A stretch of DNA of 64,000 nucleotides from Chitinophagaceae bacterium (GCA_041739485.1 JBGSNV010000119.1:778-64777), one strand, 5' to 3'. Counted from the stretch's first letter, positions 28,730 to 40,541 are shown. Program-made: numbers and translations. Notes: a model not told the origin generated them from the letters alone.

Positions 28730-29485
28730 TCACTTATGCCTGAACCAACAATCCTCCCGTTCCGTTTCATAACCCTTAAAAAGCGTATTTACCGGTGATC
28801 CATACATAATTTTTTCTTTAAAAACGGTACGGGCTATAAAATTAAAAGCACCCATATCACCGGTATAAGCAGTTGGGTTGTTTTGGTTATATTGTTCATG
28901 GAATGCGCTAAGCCTTTGCAACAGACTCAGCATAACCGGAGTGGTTCCGCCAATTATGCCACAGTTGAGTAAAACAAACGCTGCGTGACTTGCTTCAAAT
29001 TGGCTGTAATCTGCAGACTGTTTTCTGAAATGAGCCCCATGTTCCCGCATCCAATCGTTGTTCAATAACTTAGGTTCATCTCCACAAAAAAGGGTGTCCG
29101 GATGATTAAAAAATAAAGGTTGTACAAAGGGATTTTTTAAAAGTACCACATCGGTAGCATCGGTCACAAAAAGCGCAGTAATTTCATCGGAATGCTGCTG
29201 CAGGTAACGGTCATATACGAAGTACCTGTACACATTAGGACTATAAAAACCAGGAAGAACTACCCGTTCAAAGCCAATCCATTCATTGGCATAGCGGGCA
29301 CAGGTTGCCGCAGAAAGATGGTTGTGAAAAATAACCCCCTTTAAGCCTTGCGCCATCACCGATTTGTACCAGGCAAGCAAAGGTGTAAAATCATCTGCCA
29401 CCTGCCGTTCATTGCGGTTCACATCGTACACACCTGCAAGATGGCAACAAAATATCATGGGGGCTATATCCTCTTTCAAAGGCAT
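28730..29485 (-). CDS. Hypothetical protein, glycosyltransferase-like
   Basis: DxxD motif (VTDATDVV..KNPF), LLNCGIIGG and GDMGAFN; translationally coupled to the upstream GT2 gene. Confidence 0.65.
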   Translation of the reverse strand: MPLKEDIAPMIFCCHLAGVYDVNRNERQVADDFTPLLAWYKSVMAQGLKGVIFHNHLSAATCARYANEWIGFERVVLPGFYSPNVYRYFVYDRYLQQHSDEITALFVTDATDVVLLKNPFVQPLFFNHPDTLFCGDEPKLLNNDWMREHGAHFRKQSADYSQFEASHAAFVLLNCGIIGGTTPVMLSLLQRLSAFHEQYNQNNPTAYTGDMGAFNFIARTVFKEKIMYGSPVNTLFKGYETEREDCWFRHK

Positions 29486-30153
29486 CAGGAAAGTTGTGCA
29501 TGCGAAAGGTTCGCCATGCCATTGCGCTTAATGGTTGCACAAATGCTGTTGGGAATATTGCGGTAATAAACATAGGTACGCAGATCTACCTTCTGTACAA
29601 TATATTCCTGAGCCGCTTCTGCATAAAAACGGGCATCGGCTGCATAAGTACTGTTGAAGCGATAGCTACTAAAAACCTGTCTTTTCCCAAACAAGGTTGC
29701 AAACAAAATACAGTCATCCACATGAATGACCTTGCTGTTGTCGTGCATGTCCGGTACATAATAATCAGCCTCCTCATCCACTACCGTTTCCGTTTTTGAG
29801 GCTATCAGGTCAGCGAATTTCATTTCGGCAAGACAACTGCTTAAATGGTTGGGCTTGAATTCATCATCTGCATCGAGGATGGTAATGAATTCACCCTTGC
29901 TTTTAGCAATACCGCGGTTGATCGATTCTGATTGTCCGCAGTTGGTATGTTGCAGATAAATCATTTTTTGTGAAAACATAGCCACATAAGCAGCATAAGC
30001 GAGCCGGTATTCTTCTTCGCTTCCATCATCAATAAAGATGAGTTCAAAATCCTGATAATCCTGTTGCATCACAGAATCAATGGCTCTTTTCACCAAATAA
30101 AACTCCGTGTTGTATACAGAGAGCAACACCGAAATTCTTGGTACTGATTGCAT
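29485..30153 (-). CDS. Glycosyltransferase family 2
   Basis: Probable start MQSVPRISVLLSVYN; FELIFIDDGS, NCGQSESINRG, FITILDADD. Confidence 0.9.
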   Translation of the reverse strand: MQSVPRISVLLSVYNTEFYLVKRAIDSVMQQDYQDFELIFIDDGSEEEYRLAYAAYVAMFSQKMIYLQHTNCGQSESINRGIAKSKGEFITILDADDEFKPNHLSSCLAEMKFADLIASKTETVVDEEADYYVPDMHDNSKVIHVDDCILFATLFGKRQVFSSYRFNSTYAADARFYAEAAQEYIVQKVDLRTYVYYRNIPNSICATIKRNGMANLSHAQLS

Positions 30154-30464
30154 ATAGTTCGATAAGAAATTTTGCAAGATTATACCCATTTTTCCGATTA
30201 TGCCCTTAAACAATTTTATTTCTTCGTTATGAATTCCCGAAATACCTCCAAAAAAGCAATATCCAAACCTTCTGTTGAAGCGCTAAAGAGTTTCCCCTCA
30301 CCCTTACACCCTAAGGGGGGAACTAAGCGAGGCTCCCGCACCATCACACTACTTCCACCCTGTGTGAGGACCGCGGGGCGGCCACCACCCTTCTCCGCGA
30401 AGGGGGACTTCTCATTAAACTACAAATCCCTAACTTTAAGGCAGGTAACCAGAAAAATACACAT

Positions 30465-32129
30465 ATGAATAAAACAACAGGCTTTTGTTTGCTGATTTTG
30501 ACCATCACTGTGGATGCATTTTCTCAGGAACGACCCGATACCCGACGCATTTCGGGTATTACAGATGGCTGGGGCAATCCTGTCACCTATGTAGGCACTA
30601 TCCAATCAGGACGTCCGGAGGGGATTGGCATGTTTTTGTACAATAATGGTAAAGCATCAAGGTATGTAGGGTCGTTCAAAAACGGCTTACCCGAAGGCAA
30701 AGGGGTACTGCAGTTTACCGATACGGCCTTTATTTGGGGCGAATGGCAGCAAGGAAAAGGACAAGGCAAAGGGGCATATCTGAATGAGGCGGGAAGCCTG
30801 TATATCGGTAATTTTTCTGAGGGGAAAAAAGAGGGCGAAGGCATGCTGATCTTTTCTGATAACGGGCTTTTCAAAGGATCTTTCAAACAGGATCAATATC
30901 ATGATCAGGGTATATTTATAAGCAGTTCGGCGTTATACTTCAATGATAATGTGTACAGGGAAGGCAAAAAAAACGGTCCGGGATTTGTTTACGATATCAA
31001 CCGAAAAAAGCTATATACCGGCAAGTGGGAAAAAGGAACCTGGGCGGGCATCACCCAACCCGGTTACCCTTCTTTGGTTTTGGAAAAAAACTTTTTCATC
31101 AACAAAACGGAAGAACAGGTCATGATGGCTCAGGTAAATAAAGCGGGACAGCTTGATGGCACCGGTTATATTTACAAAACACCTACAGCCCTCCGTTATT
31201 TCGGACAATTTGACAAAGGAGTTTTTCAAAAAGGCGTTTTAATAACCGATTCATCGCTGCTATATGGCAGTTTCAGGGAAGCAGCTTTGCAGGGCTATGG
31301 TTCATATTATAAAAAAGGGAAATTTTATGAAGAAGGGTTTTTTGAAAACGGGAACTTAACCGGCCCGGAAAGTTTATCCATCAACCTGCAGGAAAATGCC
31401 GTGTATCTTGGCGAAACAGAAAAAATGAATGGCCCTACCGGACAAGGCTGGTATGCCAATGGAAAAAACAGCCTGCTGATCGGTGCTTTTAAAAATGCAG
31501 ATTTTACCGGTAATGGTTACAAACTTGACAGTTCAGGCTATTGCACCGGAGGCAACTGGAACCTGGGCTATCTGGACAAAATTCTTTTCATAAACACTCC
31601 GGAGGGCAATCCGGTAAATCCTGAACCTGAAACACTGGAACAGGCTGTTTCAGATCTCATAAAAATGCACCCTTTTGCTTATGAACCGATAGCCGGAGCC
31701 CCTGCTGATTTTACTAACAAAATCGGATTTGAAAAAATACAGTTAGCCCCCTATAAAATAAGCCCGCAATCCCTTGGTGGTTTCCTGGGAACCTACAGGA
31801 AAAATAAGCTTTATATCGCTTCACTATTTAGCTCTCAGGCAGTTTCCGAATCATCAGACGAGTATGAAGCACTTTGCAAAAAACTGGCCCTCACCCGCTT
31901 TTCAGGTCCGGACGGGAACCCCATGCAACTCAGAACCGCAGATCCGCTTCGACCTGATAATCCCCGAAAAGCGTTGACTATATTTTCAGTTGTTCCGGGA
32001 GTACCCTATCCTCATGATAATTTTGCAGTTATGGTGGTATCCTTTTTCAATGTTACCTCCCAAACCTATGAACTATTATTAATGACCGGCGACCGGCAAG
32101 TGGTGGAGGCATGGCGGACAGATTTTTAA
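30465..32129 (+). CDS. Secreted MORN-repeat protein
   Basis: Signal peptide; repeated Y.G.F..G...G.G units (YVGSFKNGLPEGKG, YIGNFSEGKKEGEG). Confidence 0.85.
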   Translation: MNKTTGFCLLILTITVDAFSQERPDTRRISGITDGWGNPVTYVGTIQSGRPEGIGMFLYNNGKASRYVGSFKNGLPEGKGVLQFTDTAFIWGEWQQGKGQGKGAYLNEAGSLYIGNFSEGKKEGEGMLIFSDNGLFKGSFKQDQYHDQGIFISSSALYFNDNVYREGKKNGPGFVYDINRKKLYTGKWEKGTWAGITQPGYPSLVLEKNFFINKTEEQVMMAQVNKAGQLDGTGYIYKTPTALRYFGQFDKGVFQKGVLITDSSLLYGSFREAALQGYGSYYKKGKFYEEGFFENGNLTGPESLSINLQENAVYLGETEKMNGPTGQGWYANGKNSLLIGAFKNADFTGNGYKLDSSGYCTGGNWNLGYLDKILFINTPEGNPVNPEPETLEQAVSDLIKMHPFAYEPIAGAPADFTNKIGFEKIQLAPYKISPQSLGGFLGTYRKNKLYIASLFSSQAVSESSDEYEALCKKLALTRFSGPDGNPMQLRTADPLRPDNPRKALTIFSVVPGVPYPHDNFAVMVVSFFNVTSQTYELLLMTGDRQVVEAWRTDF

Positions 32130-32312
32130 AAGGTATCAGATGGGAATCCATCCCCCGTGCAGATCAATACTGCCATGCTTCTGCATAGCTCTCCGCACAT
32201 TCTTCCCATCCCGGGTACTTCCTCCCTCATACATTTTCTGGAGAATGTAGCTGCCGCCCTTGTTTCCCTGATAGCAGAGGACATGGATTATCTGGCATAA
32301 AACCGCCCGCAA

Positions 32313-33215
32313 TCAGGCAAAAACTTCCCCTTCGTTTTCCGTAAGCGTACGAAAAGCTTTCAAAAGATCAGGAAAAATGGTACTGCTTCCCCGGTTTTCA
32401 ATTTGCCGGCCATCAATCGATTGAACCGGCGTCAGTTCGCCCATTGTGCCTGTGGTAAATACCACATCGGCATTATACATTTCCACCAACGAAATAGATC
32501 TTTCTGTGCAGGGAATGCCCATTTTTTGGGCAAGTCCAATTATAAGTCCGCGGGTAATGCCTGGCAAGCAGGCTACCGGCAACGGTGTATGCAAGGCATT
32601 GTTTTTGATCATAAAAAGATTGGTCGCATTGGTTTCTGCCACAAAACCTTGAAGATCAAGCATCAGCGCATCATCTGCTCCGGCATAATTGGCTTCAATT
32701 TTGGCCAGAATGTTGTTCAGCAAATTATTGTGATGAATATGGGAATCAAGGGTTTGAGGCGAGTTGCGGCGCACCTGTGCTGTCACCAACCGGATTCCCC
32801 GGTCATTATCATATACCGGAGGTTTCCATTCAGCAAGCACAATCAGGCAGGCCCCCGACTGATTCAACCGCGGATCCATACCCGAAGTAATCTTTTCACC
32901 CCGGGTAAGCGTGAGCCGGATATGCGCATCATGATACATCCCATTGGCAAGCAAGGTTTGTACCACGGCATTGCGAATAAAAGTTTCCGAAGGGATATCC
33001 GTAAAAGCCAGGGCCTTTGCAGATTCATACAACCGGTTTACATGTTCTTTAAAACAAAAGATACGCCGGTTGTAGATCCGTAAGCCTTCCCAAACGGCAT
33101 CCCCACCTTGTACGGAACTATCAAACACCGAAACTTTGGCATCCATTCGATGTACCAAACGATCTTTTACAAAAACCTGAATATCCGTATTTTTTGAAAG
33201 AAATTGTTGTTGCAT
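32313..33215 (-). CDS. Aminotransferase class IV (BCAT/DAAT-like)
   Basis: GDAVWEGLR, GFVAETNATNLF, LPGITR, VFTTGTMGEL; the PLP-lysine position reads IHHNN. Confidence 0.9.
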   Translation of the reverse strand: MQQQFLSKNTDIQVFVKDRLVHRMDAKVSVFDSSVQGGDAVWEGLRIYNRRIFCFKEHVNRLYESAKALAFTDIPSETFIRNAVVQTLLANGMYHDAHIRLTLTRGEKITSGMDPRLNQSGACLIVLAEWKPPVYDNDRGIRLVTAQVRRNSPQTLDSHIHHNNLLNNILAKIEANYAGADDALMLDLQGFVAETNATNLFMIKNNALHTPLPVACLPGITRGLIIGLAQKMGIPCTERSISLVEMYNADVVFTTGTMGELTPVQSIDGRQIENRGSSTIFPDLLKAFRTLTENEGEVFA

Positions 33216-33218
33216 ACC

Positions 33219-33947
33219 TTAAGCTTTTACAGACGCTACATAAAGTTCATGATAATAAGGCAGGGCCTCCAGATAAAGTGCCTGAGCCGCAGCACTTAAT
33301 TCCGGCTCTTCTGACCTTGTCGCCTCAAAACCAACCGAGCTATGTACATTCTCATACCAGTATTTGGCCCATATGCCATCCTCAGGGCGGGGTCCGGCCT
33401 CCCAGTGCAGCATATCCGGGTAAAAGGGTATTCCCATCGCTGCGCAAATCCGGATCAGTACCCGTTGTGGATTGGACAGTAATTCACCTGCATCCAACAC
33501 AAGACTTTGATATCCCTTTTCTAAAGCTAACTGATACAATTCCCATTGCTTTTTGATTCCGATATCATCGAGCGTGGGGTTTTCAATCACTTTAGAATAA
33601 GAAGCAATGATTCTTTTAGGGTCCCGGATAAAAAAAAGATTCACCATATCGGCCATAAATCCGGTATCCATTTCTATGGTTTGATGCGCCATATGTTTAA
33701 AAAAAACAACAGGCTGTACATAACGTCCCAGTAATATTTTATCGATCACTTTGGAGGCATCACATTCCATATCATTCATGATCTCATCCCGACCGGGATG
33801 ATCTACCCCGCTCACTTTCAGATAATGGCCATAGAAAGGCTCGTCCACTACCGCCGTATCCGGACGTTGTGCCCAACTATACATCAGGGCTGTTGAAACA
33901 TTACGGGGGCTGCTAAACAGGCAAATTCTCTTTGTCCGATTACTCAT
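33219..33947 (-). CDS. Sulfotransferase-like P-loop protein
   Basis: SSPRNVSTALMYSWAQR.D..V.DEPFY, FFKHMAH, IRDP, DGIWAKYWY..VHSS.GF. Confidence 0.85.
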   Translation of the reverse strand: MSNRTKRICLFSSPRNVSTALMYSWAQRPDTAVVDEPFYGHYLKVSGVDHPGRDEIMNDMECDASKVIDKILLGRYVQPVVFFKHMAHQTIEMDTGFMADMVNLFFIRDPKRIIASYSKVIENPTLDDIGIKKQWELYQLALEKGYQSLVLDAGELLSNPQRVLIRICAAMGIPFYPDMLHWEAGPRPEDGIWAKYWYENVHSSVGFEATRSEEPELSAAAQALYLEALPYYHELYVASVKA

Positions 33948-34146
33948 AGAAATTCAAATATTACTAAAATTAAAAGCCTGACCAAAGAAATCATTTTCAG
34001 AACCAAAAATGATAAGCTTTTACCTTCCGCAAATGGCATTGAGATTTAATTTTAAACTGAATAGCCAGCTGAAAATTCACTTCTGTAAAAACTTACCAGG
34101 CTGCAAGGCGCCCCTTGCCCAATAGGGCTTTTTTAATTACTCAAAA

Positions 34147-35709
34147 TCAGGAAGCCACCCTTTGTTTCCGCTCACCTGAAAGGTATTTTTCCCGGATGAT
34201 CTTTTCAACCGGTACTTTTTGTAGTTTGCTTTCCAGCCAACTGATTACATCGAGATATGCAAAAGCCCTTGCCTCGGTGGTTTGTTTTTCAAAAGGCTTT
34301 ATTTCGTCGAGCAGTTTTTGAAGGTGGGGCTGCATTTCGGGTACCGGCACATTGAAAGTAGCCCGCAAAAAACGGAACATTGCTTCCTCTACCCGGCTCA
34401 GGTTTTCCATTTTAGCCATAAACCGGTATACCGATTTTACCAGATACGGCAATATATCCGTGGTCCCAAGCTCAAAATGGGCAATAAGATGCAGCAGGCG
34501 GGCATAGCATTGTAAATCCGTTCGCAGGTCCACTTTCAGATGAATGATCTTATTGAGGTATTCCACGGTTTTGTCAAAATCCGAACTTCCAAAATACATA
34601 CAGGCAATCTTGTAATAAAAAACCAACACGCGGTGCCGGTCCATATACAATGCATTCTCATCGAGATAGGTCTCTATTTCAGGAATAAGTTTACACCCTT
34701 CGGAAAAGGTCCCCGTAAAATAATAGGAATGAATCTTAGCCACATAGAGGTATACGAAAGCCTGTATCCGGAAATTATCATTGGCCTGCACCAACGGGCT
34801 ATTGAAAAAGGCTTCAAACTGTTGCAGGGCTTCAAAAAAAGGCTTTCGGTTGCTAAGGTCATAATGCGCGCCCAACAGATTATGCATGCCTTTGATATAT
34901 TGAATAGCCTCTACCGAAAGCATTTGAGGCTCGGCATGAAACAGATCCACCCATCGTTGGGCATATTTATAGTAGGTCAAAAAATCGTGGCGGATGAAGG
35001 ACAACCAGCAATAACTCTGATACAGATAAAGCCGGCAATAAAACCAGTCTGGCTTTGGCAACGTTTCCGGCGCATGTGCATCAAAGTAGCTTTTTACCTC
35101 CAAACCTTCCTCTACACTGCGCGCATGACCATTTTTGATATACCAGGCATACAACTGCAAACTCAGGTTGCTCAGGTCGTTGGCCATTTTAATACGGTTC
35201 TGTACATCATTGCTTTCCTCTGCCAATGCCTCCGCCCGATGCTCCATACTTCGGGTGATATACATGGCTTCAATCTTCTTCTCAAAAAAAAGAGCCTGTT
35301 GCTGATGCGTGGTTTGATGGAATTGTCGCGCCAGGGTCTTATGCCGCTCCAAAGCTTTCAATGACTGCAGGTAAAGGCCCTTATTGTATAATATCCGGGC
35401 ATGATCCATCAGTTCATGTAACTGCAGATCCACGTTGTCTTCTTCCCGTATAAGCCGCAAACTTGCGAGAATCAACCGGTACAAGGCTGCTTTGAGGTTA
35501 CTGAGCTGTGCTTTTGAAATTTGTTTGTTTTTCGCCAGCAACTCTGTCTCGTCGTATTCTTCCGTTCGGTCAAGCGCATCAAAAAGAACCATCGTTTTCA
35601 GCTCTGCGGCAGTACTGTGCCGTTGTGCATACAACTTCAGGTTTCGCTTTTCTCCCTTGCCCAGTGATTTAATCAACTGGAATAATTCATCCCTTTGTCG
35701 GTTAGGCAT
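34147..35709 (-). CDS. Conserved Bacteroidetes TPR-like hypothetical protein
   Basis: Probable start MPNRQRDELFQLIKSLGKGEKRNLK; all-helical TPR-like pattern; divergent from leuA. Confidence 0.8.
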   Translation of the reverse strand: MPNRQRDELFQLIKSLGKGEKRNLKLYAQRHSTAAELKTMVLFDALDRTEEYDETELLAKNKQISKAQLSNLKAALYRLILASLRLIREEDNVDLQLHELMDHARILYNKGLYLQSLKALERHKTLARQFHQTTHQQQALFFEKKIEAMYITRSMEHRAEALAEESNDVQNRIKMANDLSNLSLQLYAWYIKNGHARSVEEGLEVKSYFDAHAPETLPKPDWFYCRLYLYQSYCWLSFIRHDFLTYYKYAQRWVDLFHAEPQMLSVEAIQYIKGMHNLLGAHYDLSNRKPFFEALQQFEAFFNSPLVQANDNFRIQAFVYLYVAKIHSYYFTGTFSEGCKLIPEIETYLDENALYMDRHRVLVFYYKIACMYFGSSDFDKTVEYLNKIIHLKVDLRTDLQCYARLLHLIAHFELGTTDILPYLVKSVYRFMAKMENLSRVEEAMFRFLRATFNVPVPEMQPHLQKLLDEIKPFEKQTTEARAFAYLDVISWLESKLQKVPVEKIIREKYLSGERKQRVAS

Positions 35710-35898
35710 TGTAAAATAAAGATATAAAAATCCACGTCTGTACTCACTTTCAGGGCAATAAGCCCTTGGTAGAGTCTGTAAAACTTCTTCAAATTTACAT
35801 CGAATCCCGGATTTCACCTGCCTATCTTCGGACTTGCAGGTTGTATCTTTTGTAGAATCCGACCTGCATTTTTAATATACCATATAATCCCCCTGCAA

Positions 35899-37059
35899 AT
35901 GGCAGATAAAGTTTTTATTTTTGATACCACGCTCCGAGACGGCGAACAGGTACCCGGATGCAAACTCAATTCAAAGGAAAAACTCGAACTCGCTCTTCAA
36001 CTTGAAAAACTAGGGGTAGATATCATTGAAGCCGGATTTCCGGTTTCTTCACCCGGCGATTTTGAAAGTGTGAAGCAAATCAGCCTTGCCATAAAAGACG
36101 CGACCGTTTGTGCCCTCAGCCGTTCGGTGGAAAAAGATATTGAAGCGGCGGCGGGAGCGCTTCGTTATGCGGTCAGTCCCCGCATCCATACCGGTATCGG
36201 CACCTCCGATTTTCACATCAAACATAAGTTCAACAGCACCCGCGAAGCCATTTTAGAGCGCGCTATCAAGGCCACCAAATTCGCCCGCCGCTTTACCGAT
36301 AATATCGAATTCTTTTGTGAAGATGCCGGACGAAGCGATGCGGAATACCTCGCCAGGGTGGTAGAAGCCGTTATTCATGCGGGCGCCACTACGGTTAACA
36401 TCCCGGATACCACCGGATATTGCCTGCCACAACAGTATGCTGATAAAATTGCCTATCTGATCAATAATGTACCCAACATTGATAAGGCGGTGGTTAGTTG
36501 CCATTGCCACAACGATCTTGGTCTTGCAACAGCCAACAGCATTTCGGGCGTCATTGCCGGTGCCCGGCAAATAGAGTGTACCATCAACGGCATTGGCGAA
36601 AGAGCCGGCAATACTTCGCTTGAAGAAGTAGTGATGGTGATGAAACAACATAAGGAATTAGGGCTTTATACAGATATCAATACCAAAATGCTCAATACAT
36701 TAAGCCAGTTGGTAAGCGATACCATGCGGGTGCAGGTACAGCCCAATAAGGCCATCGTAGGAGCCAATGCCTTCTCCCACTCTTCGGGCATCCATCAGGA
36801 CGGATTTTTAAAAAACGCACAGAATTACGAGATCATCAATCCCGAAGAAGTAGGTGCAGCAGGCAGCAAAATTGTATTGACAGCCCGCAGCGGCCGCAGT
36901 GCACTTGCCTACCGTTTTCATCAGCTCGGCTACGAATTCGACAGAGACGACGTAGATATATTGTACGAGCTGTTTCTCGAGGTTGCTGATGGCAAAAAGG
37001 AAGTCGGAGAAGAAGACTTGCACGAAATGGCCAAAGAAAGAGCAACGGTGAGTCAGTAA
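35899..37059 (+). CDS. leuA: 2-isopropylmalate synthase (short form)
   Basis: [34 protein letters not shown]; 386 aa. Confidence 0.95.
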   Translation: MADKVFIFDTTLRDGEQVPGCKLNSKEKLELALQLEKLGVDIIEAGFPVSSPGDFESVKQISLAIKDATVCALSRSVEKDIEAAAGALRYAVSPRIHTGIGTSDFHIKHKFNSTREAILERAIKATKFARRFTDNIEFFCEDAGRSDAEYLARVVEAVIHAGATTVNIPDTTGYCLPQQYADKIAYLINNVPNIDKAVVSCHCHNDLGLATANSISGVIAGARQIECTINGIGERAGNTSLEEVVMVMKQHKELGLYTDINTKMLNTLSQLVSDTMRVQVQPNKAIVGANAFSHSSGIHQDGFLKNAQNYEIINPEEVGAAGSKIVLTARSGRSALAYRFHQLGYEFDRDDVDILYELFLEVADGKKEVGEEDLHEMAKERATVSQ

Positions 37060-37150
37060 GTATTGTACCGAAACACGGATTTCATTAAAATAAATACAAA
37101 TAGATAAAATCAATAAAGGATTCAACACATTCACTTTACGGAAGCAATCC

Positions 37151-38548
37151 ATGCAAAAAACATTATTCGATAAGATATGGGAAAAACACGTGGTAAAAGA
37201 AGTGACCGACGGTCCGTCGGTATTGTATATCGACCGGCACTTTATTCATGAGGTTACAAGTCCGCAGGCATTCAAAGGCCTTGAAAACCGGGGTCTTCCC
37301 GTATTACGACCGGAAAAGGTAGTAGCAACAGCCGATCACAATGTTCCCACCCAGAATCAGCATCTGCCAATTGCTGAGGCACTCAGCCGCCGGCAGGTAG
37401 ACGCACTCCGGGAAAACTGTGCAAGACACGGCATTGAACTATACGGTTTAGGACATCCTTTTCAGGGTATTGTGCACGTAATAGGTCCCGAACTCGGGGT
37501 AACGCAACCCGGTATGACGATTGTTTGCGGCGACAGCCACACAAGCACTCATGGCGCATTTGGTACAATTGCCTTTGGAATTGGGACAAGCGAAGTAGAA
37601 ATGGTGTTGGCCACGCAATGCCTGCTACAGCAAAAACCCAAACAAATGCGGATCCGGGTAGAAGGGGAACTGCAACCGGGCGTGTTGAGCAAAGACATTA
37701 TTTTATACATCATAGCAAAGATTTCTGCAAGCGGCGGTACGGGCTACTTTGTGGAATATGCCGGTAGTGCTATCCGCAGCCTGAGTATGGAAGCCCGCAT
37801 GACTATCTGTAACATGAGCATTGAAATGGGGGCAAGAGGGGGTATGATTGCTCCGGATAAAACCACTTTTGAATACATGAAAGGCCGTCAGTTTGCTCCC
37901 GTTGCAGAAAGATGGGATGCAAAAATGGAATGGTGGAAAACACTCTGCAGCGATGAGGACGCCCGGTTTGATCAGGAACTTTTGATTCGCGCCGAAGACA
38001 TTACACCGATGGTTACCTACGGTACCAATCCGGGTATGGGCATCGGGGTAAATGCCGTTATACCCGATGAAGCAGGGGTAAATGATACCGATAAAAAAGG
38101 ATTACAAAAATCGCTTGCCTATATGGGACTCCAAAGCGGACAACCCATTAAAGGGCAAAAACTCGATTATATTTTTATAGGAAGCTGCACCAACAGCCGC
38201 ATCGAAGATCTGAGACTCGTAGCCGGTATGGTGAAAGGCAGGCAAAAAGCAAAAGATGTAGAGGTATGGATCGTGCCCGGAAGCAAGCAGGTGGAAGCAC
38301 AGGCAATAGCCGAAGGCATCGACAAGGTTTTTGAAGAAGCTGGTTTTATTTTAAGGCAACCGGGATGTTCGGCCTGCCTTGGCATGAATGAAGACAAAAT
38401 ACCGGCCGGCAAATATTGCCTGAGTACAAGCAACCGCAATTTCGAAGGCAGACAGGGGCCGCAGGCAAGAACGCTGCTTGCAAGCCCGCTCACAGCAGCA
38501 GCATCTGCCCTCACCGGAGTGGTTACCGATGTACGGGATTACATTTAA
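37151..38548 (+). CDS. leuC: 3-isopropylmalate dehydratase large subunit
   Basis: [53 protein letters not shown]. Confidence 0.98.
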   Translation: MQKTLFDKIWEKHVVKEVTDGPSVLYIDRHFIHEVTSPQAFKGLENRGLPVLRPEKVVATADHNVPTQNQHLPIAEALSRRQVDALRENCARHGIELYGLGHPFQGIVHVIGPELGVTQPGMTIVCGDSHTSTHGAFGTIAFGIGTSEVEMVLATQCLLQQKPKQMRIRVEGELQPGVLSKDIILYIIAKISASGGTGYFVEYAGSAIRSLSMEARMTICNMSIEMGARGGMIAPDKTTFEYMKGRQFAPVAERWDAKMEWWKTLCSDEDARFDQELLIRAEDITPMVTYGTNPGMGIGVNAVIPDEAGVNDTDKKGLQKSLAYMGLQSGQPIKGQKLDYIFIGSCTNSRIEDLRLVAGMVKGRQKAKDVEVWIVPGSKQVEAQAIAEGIDKVFEEAGFILRQPGCSACLGMNEDKIPAGKYCLSTSNRNFEGRQGPQARTLLASPLTAAASALTGVVTDVRDYI

Positions 38549-38585
38549 AAAATTGAATACTTTATAAAAAACAGGACTTCATCAC

Positions 38586-39179
38586 GTGGGAAAGAGCATA
38601 GAAATCATAGAAAGCAGCGCGGTTCCGTTACCTATCGAAAATATCGATACAGATCAGATCATTCCTGCCCGGTTTTTAAAAGCCACAAGCAGGGAAGGAT
38701 TTGGAGAAAATCTGTTTCGCGACTGGCGTTTTGAGGATGATGATACCGCAAAACCGCGAAAAGATTTCATTTTAAACAATCAAGATTACCATGGGAAAAT
38801 ATTGATTGCCGGAAAAAACTTTGGTTGTGGAAGTAGTCGCGAACACGCCGCCTGGGCCATCAAAGATTTTGGATTTGACGTAGTGATAAGCAGCTTTTTT
38901 GCCGACATTTTTAAAAACAATGCACTCAATAACTTTTTACTGCCGGTACAGGTAAGCGAGTCTTTTCTGGAAATAATTTTTCAGGCCATCGAAAAAGATC
39001 CGCAAGCAACAATCCGGGTGGATCTGCCCGAACAAAAAGTGACGGTAATAGCAACCGGAGTAAATTTTCATTTTGAGATTGGTCAATATAAAAAGACCTG
39101 TCTGCTGAACGGTTACGATGATATAGACTATCTGCTGAACATGCGCAGCGAAATTGAAGCATTTGAAAAAACCTTATAA
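38586..39179 (+). CDS. leuD: 3-isopropylmalate dehydratase small subunit
   Basis: [31 protein letters not shown]; GTG start. Confidence 0.98.
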   Translation: MGKSIEIIESSAVPLPIENIDTDQIIPARFLKATSREGFGENLFRDWRFEDDDTAKPRKDFILNNQDYHGKILIAGKNFGCGSSREHAAWAIKDFGFDVVISSFFADIFKNNALNNFLLPVQVSESFLEIIFQAIEKDPQATIRVDLPEQKVTVIATGVNFHFEIGQYKKTCLLNGYDDIDYLLNMRSEIEAFEKTL

Positions 39180-39199
39180 AAATAACTTCTAAATATTTT

Positions 39200-40315
39200 A
39201 TGCATAAAAAGATCACAGTAATTTATGGAGATGGGATTGGCCCCGAAGTGACTGATCAATCGGTACGGGTACTGGAGGCTATTGCCGACACATTCGGACA
39301 TCAGTTTACTTATCAACGGGCTTTGCTTGGTGCCGAAGCGATTGATGCTACAGGAACCGCATTGCCGCAGGAAACCGTAGACATGGCACTCGATAGCGAT
39401 GCCGTGCTTTTTGGAGCGGTGGGGCATCCCAAATACGACAATGATCCGAATGCCAAAGTCCGTCCGGAACAGGGCATACTCGGTATTCGAAAAGCCCTGC
39501 AACTTTTTGCCAATGTACGCCCGGTAAAAGCGTATCCCAATTTATCGCATTTATCACCTTTAAAAAACAGATACCTCGAAAACGTAGATTTCGTCATTTA
39601 TCGCGAACTGACCGGGGGGATTTATTTTGGCGAAAAAGAAACAGACCCTGAAGGAAAATGGGCAAAGGATACCTGCAGCTATACGGTAGAAGAAATTGAA
39701 CGCATCACTCACCTCGCCTATCAGGCGGCCATGCAAAGAAAAAACAAACTCACCCTTGTAGACAAAGCCAATGTACTTGACAGTTCAAGACTTTGGCGCA
39801 AAGTGGTTCAGGGAATTTCGATGCAGTACCCTGAGGTAAAAACAGATTTCCTGTTTGTAGACAATGCAGCCATGCAATTGATTACCAACCCGGCACAGTT
39901 TGACGTAATACTAACAGAAAATATGTTTGGCGATATCCTCAGCGATGAATCAAGCGTATTATGCGGATCTCTTGGGTTGCTGCCAAGCGCTTCTATTGGT
40001 ACCCGGCTTGCCTTGTTCGAACCTATTCATGGCTCCTATCCGCAGGCAGCCGGACAGGATATTGCCAACCCCATCGCATCGCTACTTTCAGCCGCGATGA
40101 TGCTCGACTTTTTTGAAATGAATAATGAAGCTGACCTGATTCGTTCCGCTGTAAACTGGACACTCAGCAACGGTTTCGTTACAAAAGATATTGATCCCGT
40201 TAATTTCTATTTTACTTCTACCATTGGAGATCTCATCAGTGATTTTGTATCCGGAAAAATTCCCGGTGGCGTGAACCTTTCCAATATAGAATATAGAAAA
40301 TCGACGATCATTTAA
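39200..40315 (+). CDS. leuB: 3-isopropylmalate dehydrogenase
   Basis: [40 protein letters not shown]. Confidence 0.98.
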   Translation: MHKKITVIYGDGIGPEVTDQSVRVLEAIADTFGHQFTYQRALLGAEAIDATGTALPQETVDMALDSDAVLFGAVGHPKYDNDPNAKVRPEQGILGIRKALQLFANVRPVKAYPNLSHLSPLKNRYLENVDFVIYRELTGGIYFGEKETDPEGKWAKDTCSYTVEEIERITHLAYQAAMQRKNKLTLVDKANVLDSSRLWRKVVQGISMQYPEVKTDFLFVDNAAMQLITNPAQFDVILTENMFGDILSDESSVLCGSLGLLPSASIGTRLALFEPIHGSYPQAAGQDIANPIASLLSAAMMLDFFEMNNEADLIRSAVNWTLSNGFVTKDIDPVNFYFTSTIGDLISDFVSGKIPGGVNLSNIEYRKSTII

Positions 40316-40380
40316 AATAATTTGCTCTTTACATTTTCGTATTGGATTGATGCTTATATTTGTTTGACAGCAAATAACAC

Positions 40381-40488
40381 ATGCAAAAAATCCAGTACAT
40401 AAGGGTCAACTTTCTGATTACAATCATTATCGTGATTGTCATTTTGTTGATTCCGGAAATACCGGAGGCCGTTGCAAGTGTTGTTTAA
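40381..40488 (+). CDS. ilv operon leader peptide (35 aa, Ile/Val/Leu-rich)
   Basis: MQKIQYIRVNFLITIIIVIVILLIPEIPEAVASVV*; preceded by TATATTTG at 40355-40362 and followed by a terminator. Confidence 0.85.
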   Translation: MQKIQYIRVNFLITIIIVIVILLIPEIPEAVASVV

Positions 40489-40541
40489 AAAAAATTAAAA
40501 CACTTTTCATACAACCGCCTCCGCAAAGAGGCGGTTTTTTT
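40464..40541 (+). promoter_or_regulatory. Transcription attenuator (antiterminator/terminator) upstream of ilvE
   Basis: Terminator aaccgcctc-cgcaaa-gaggcggtt plus a T-run (40513-40541); ggaggccgttg (40464-40474) can pair 10/11 with caaccgcctcc (40512-40522). Confidence 0.85.
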
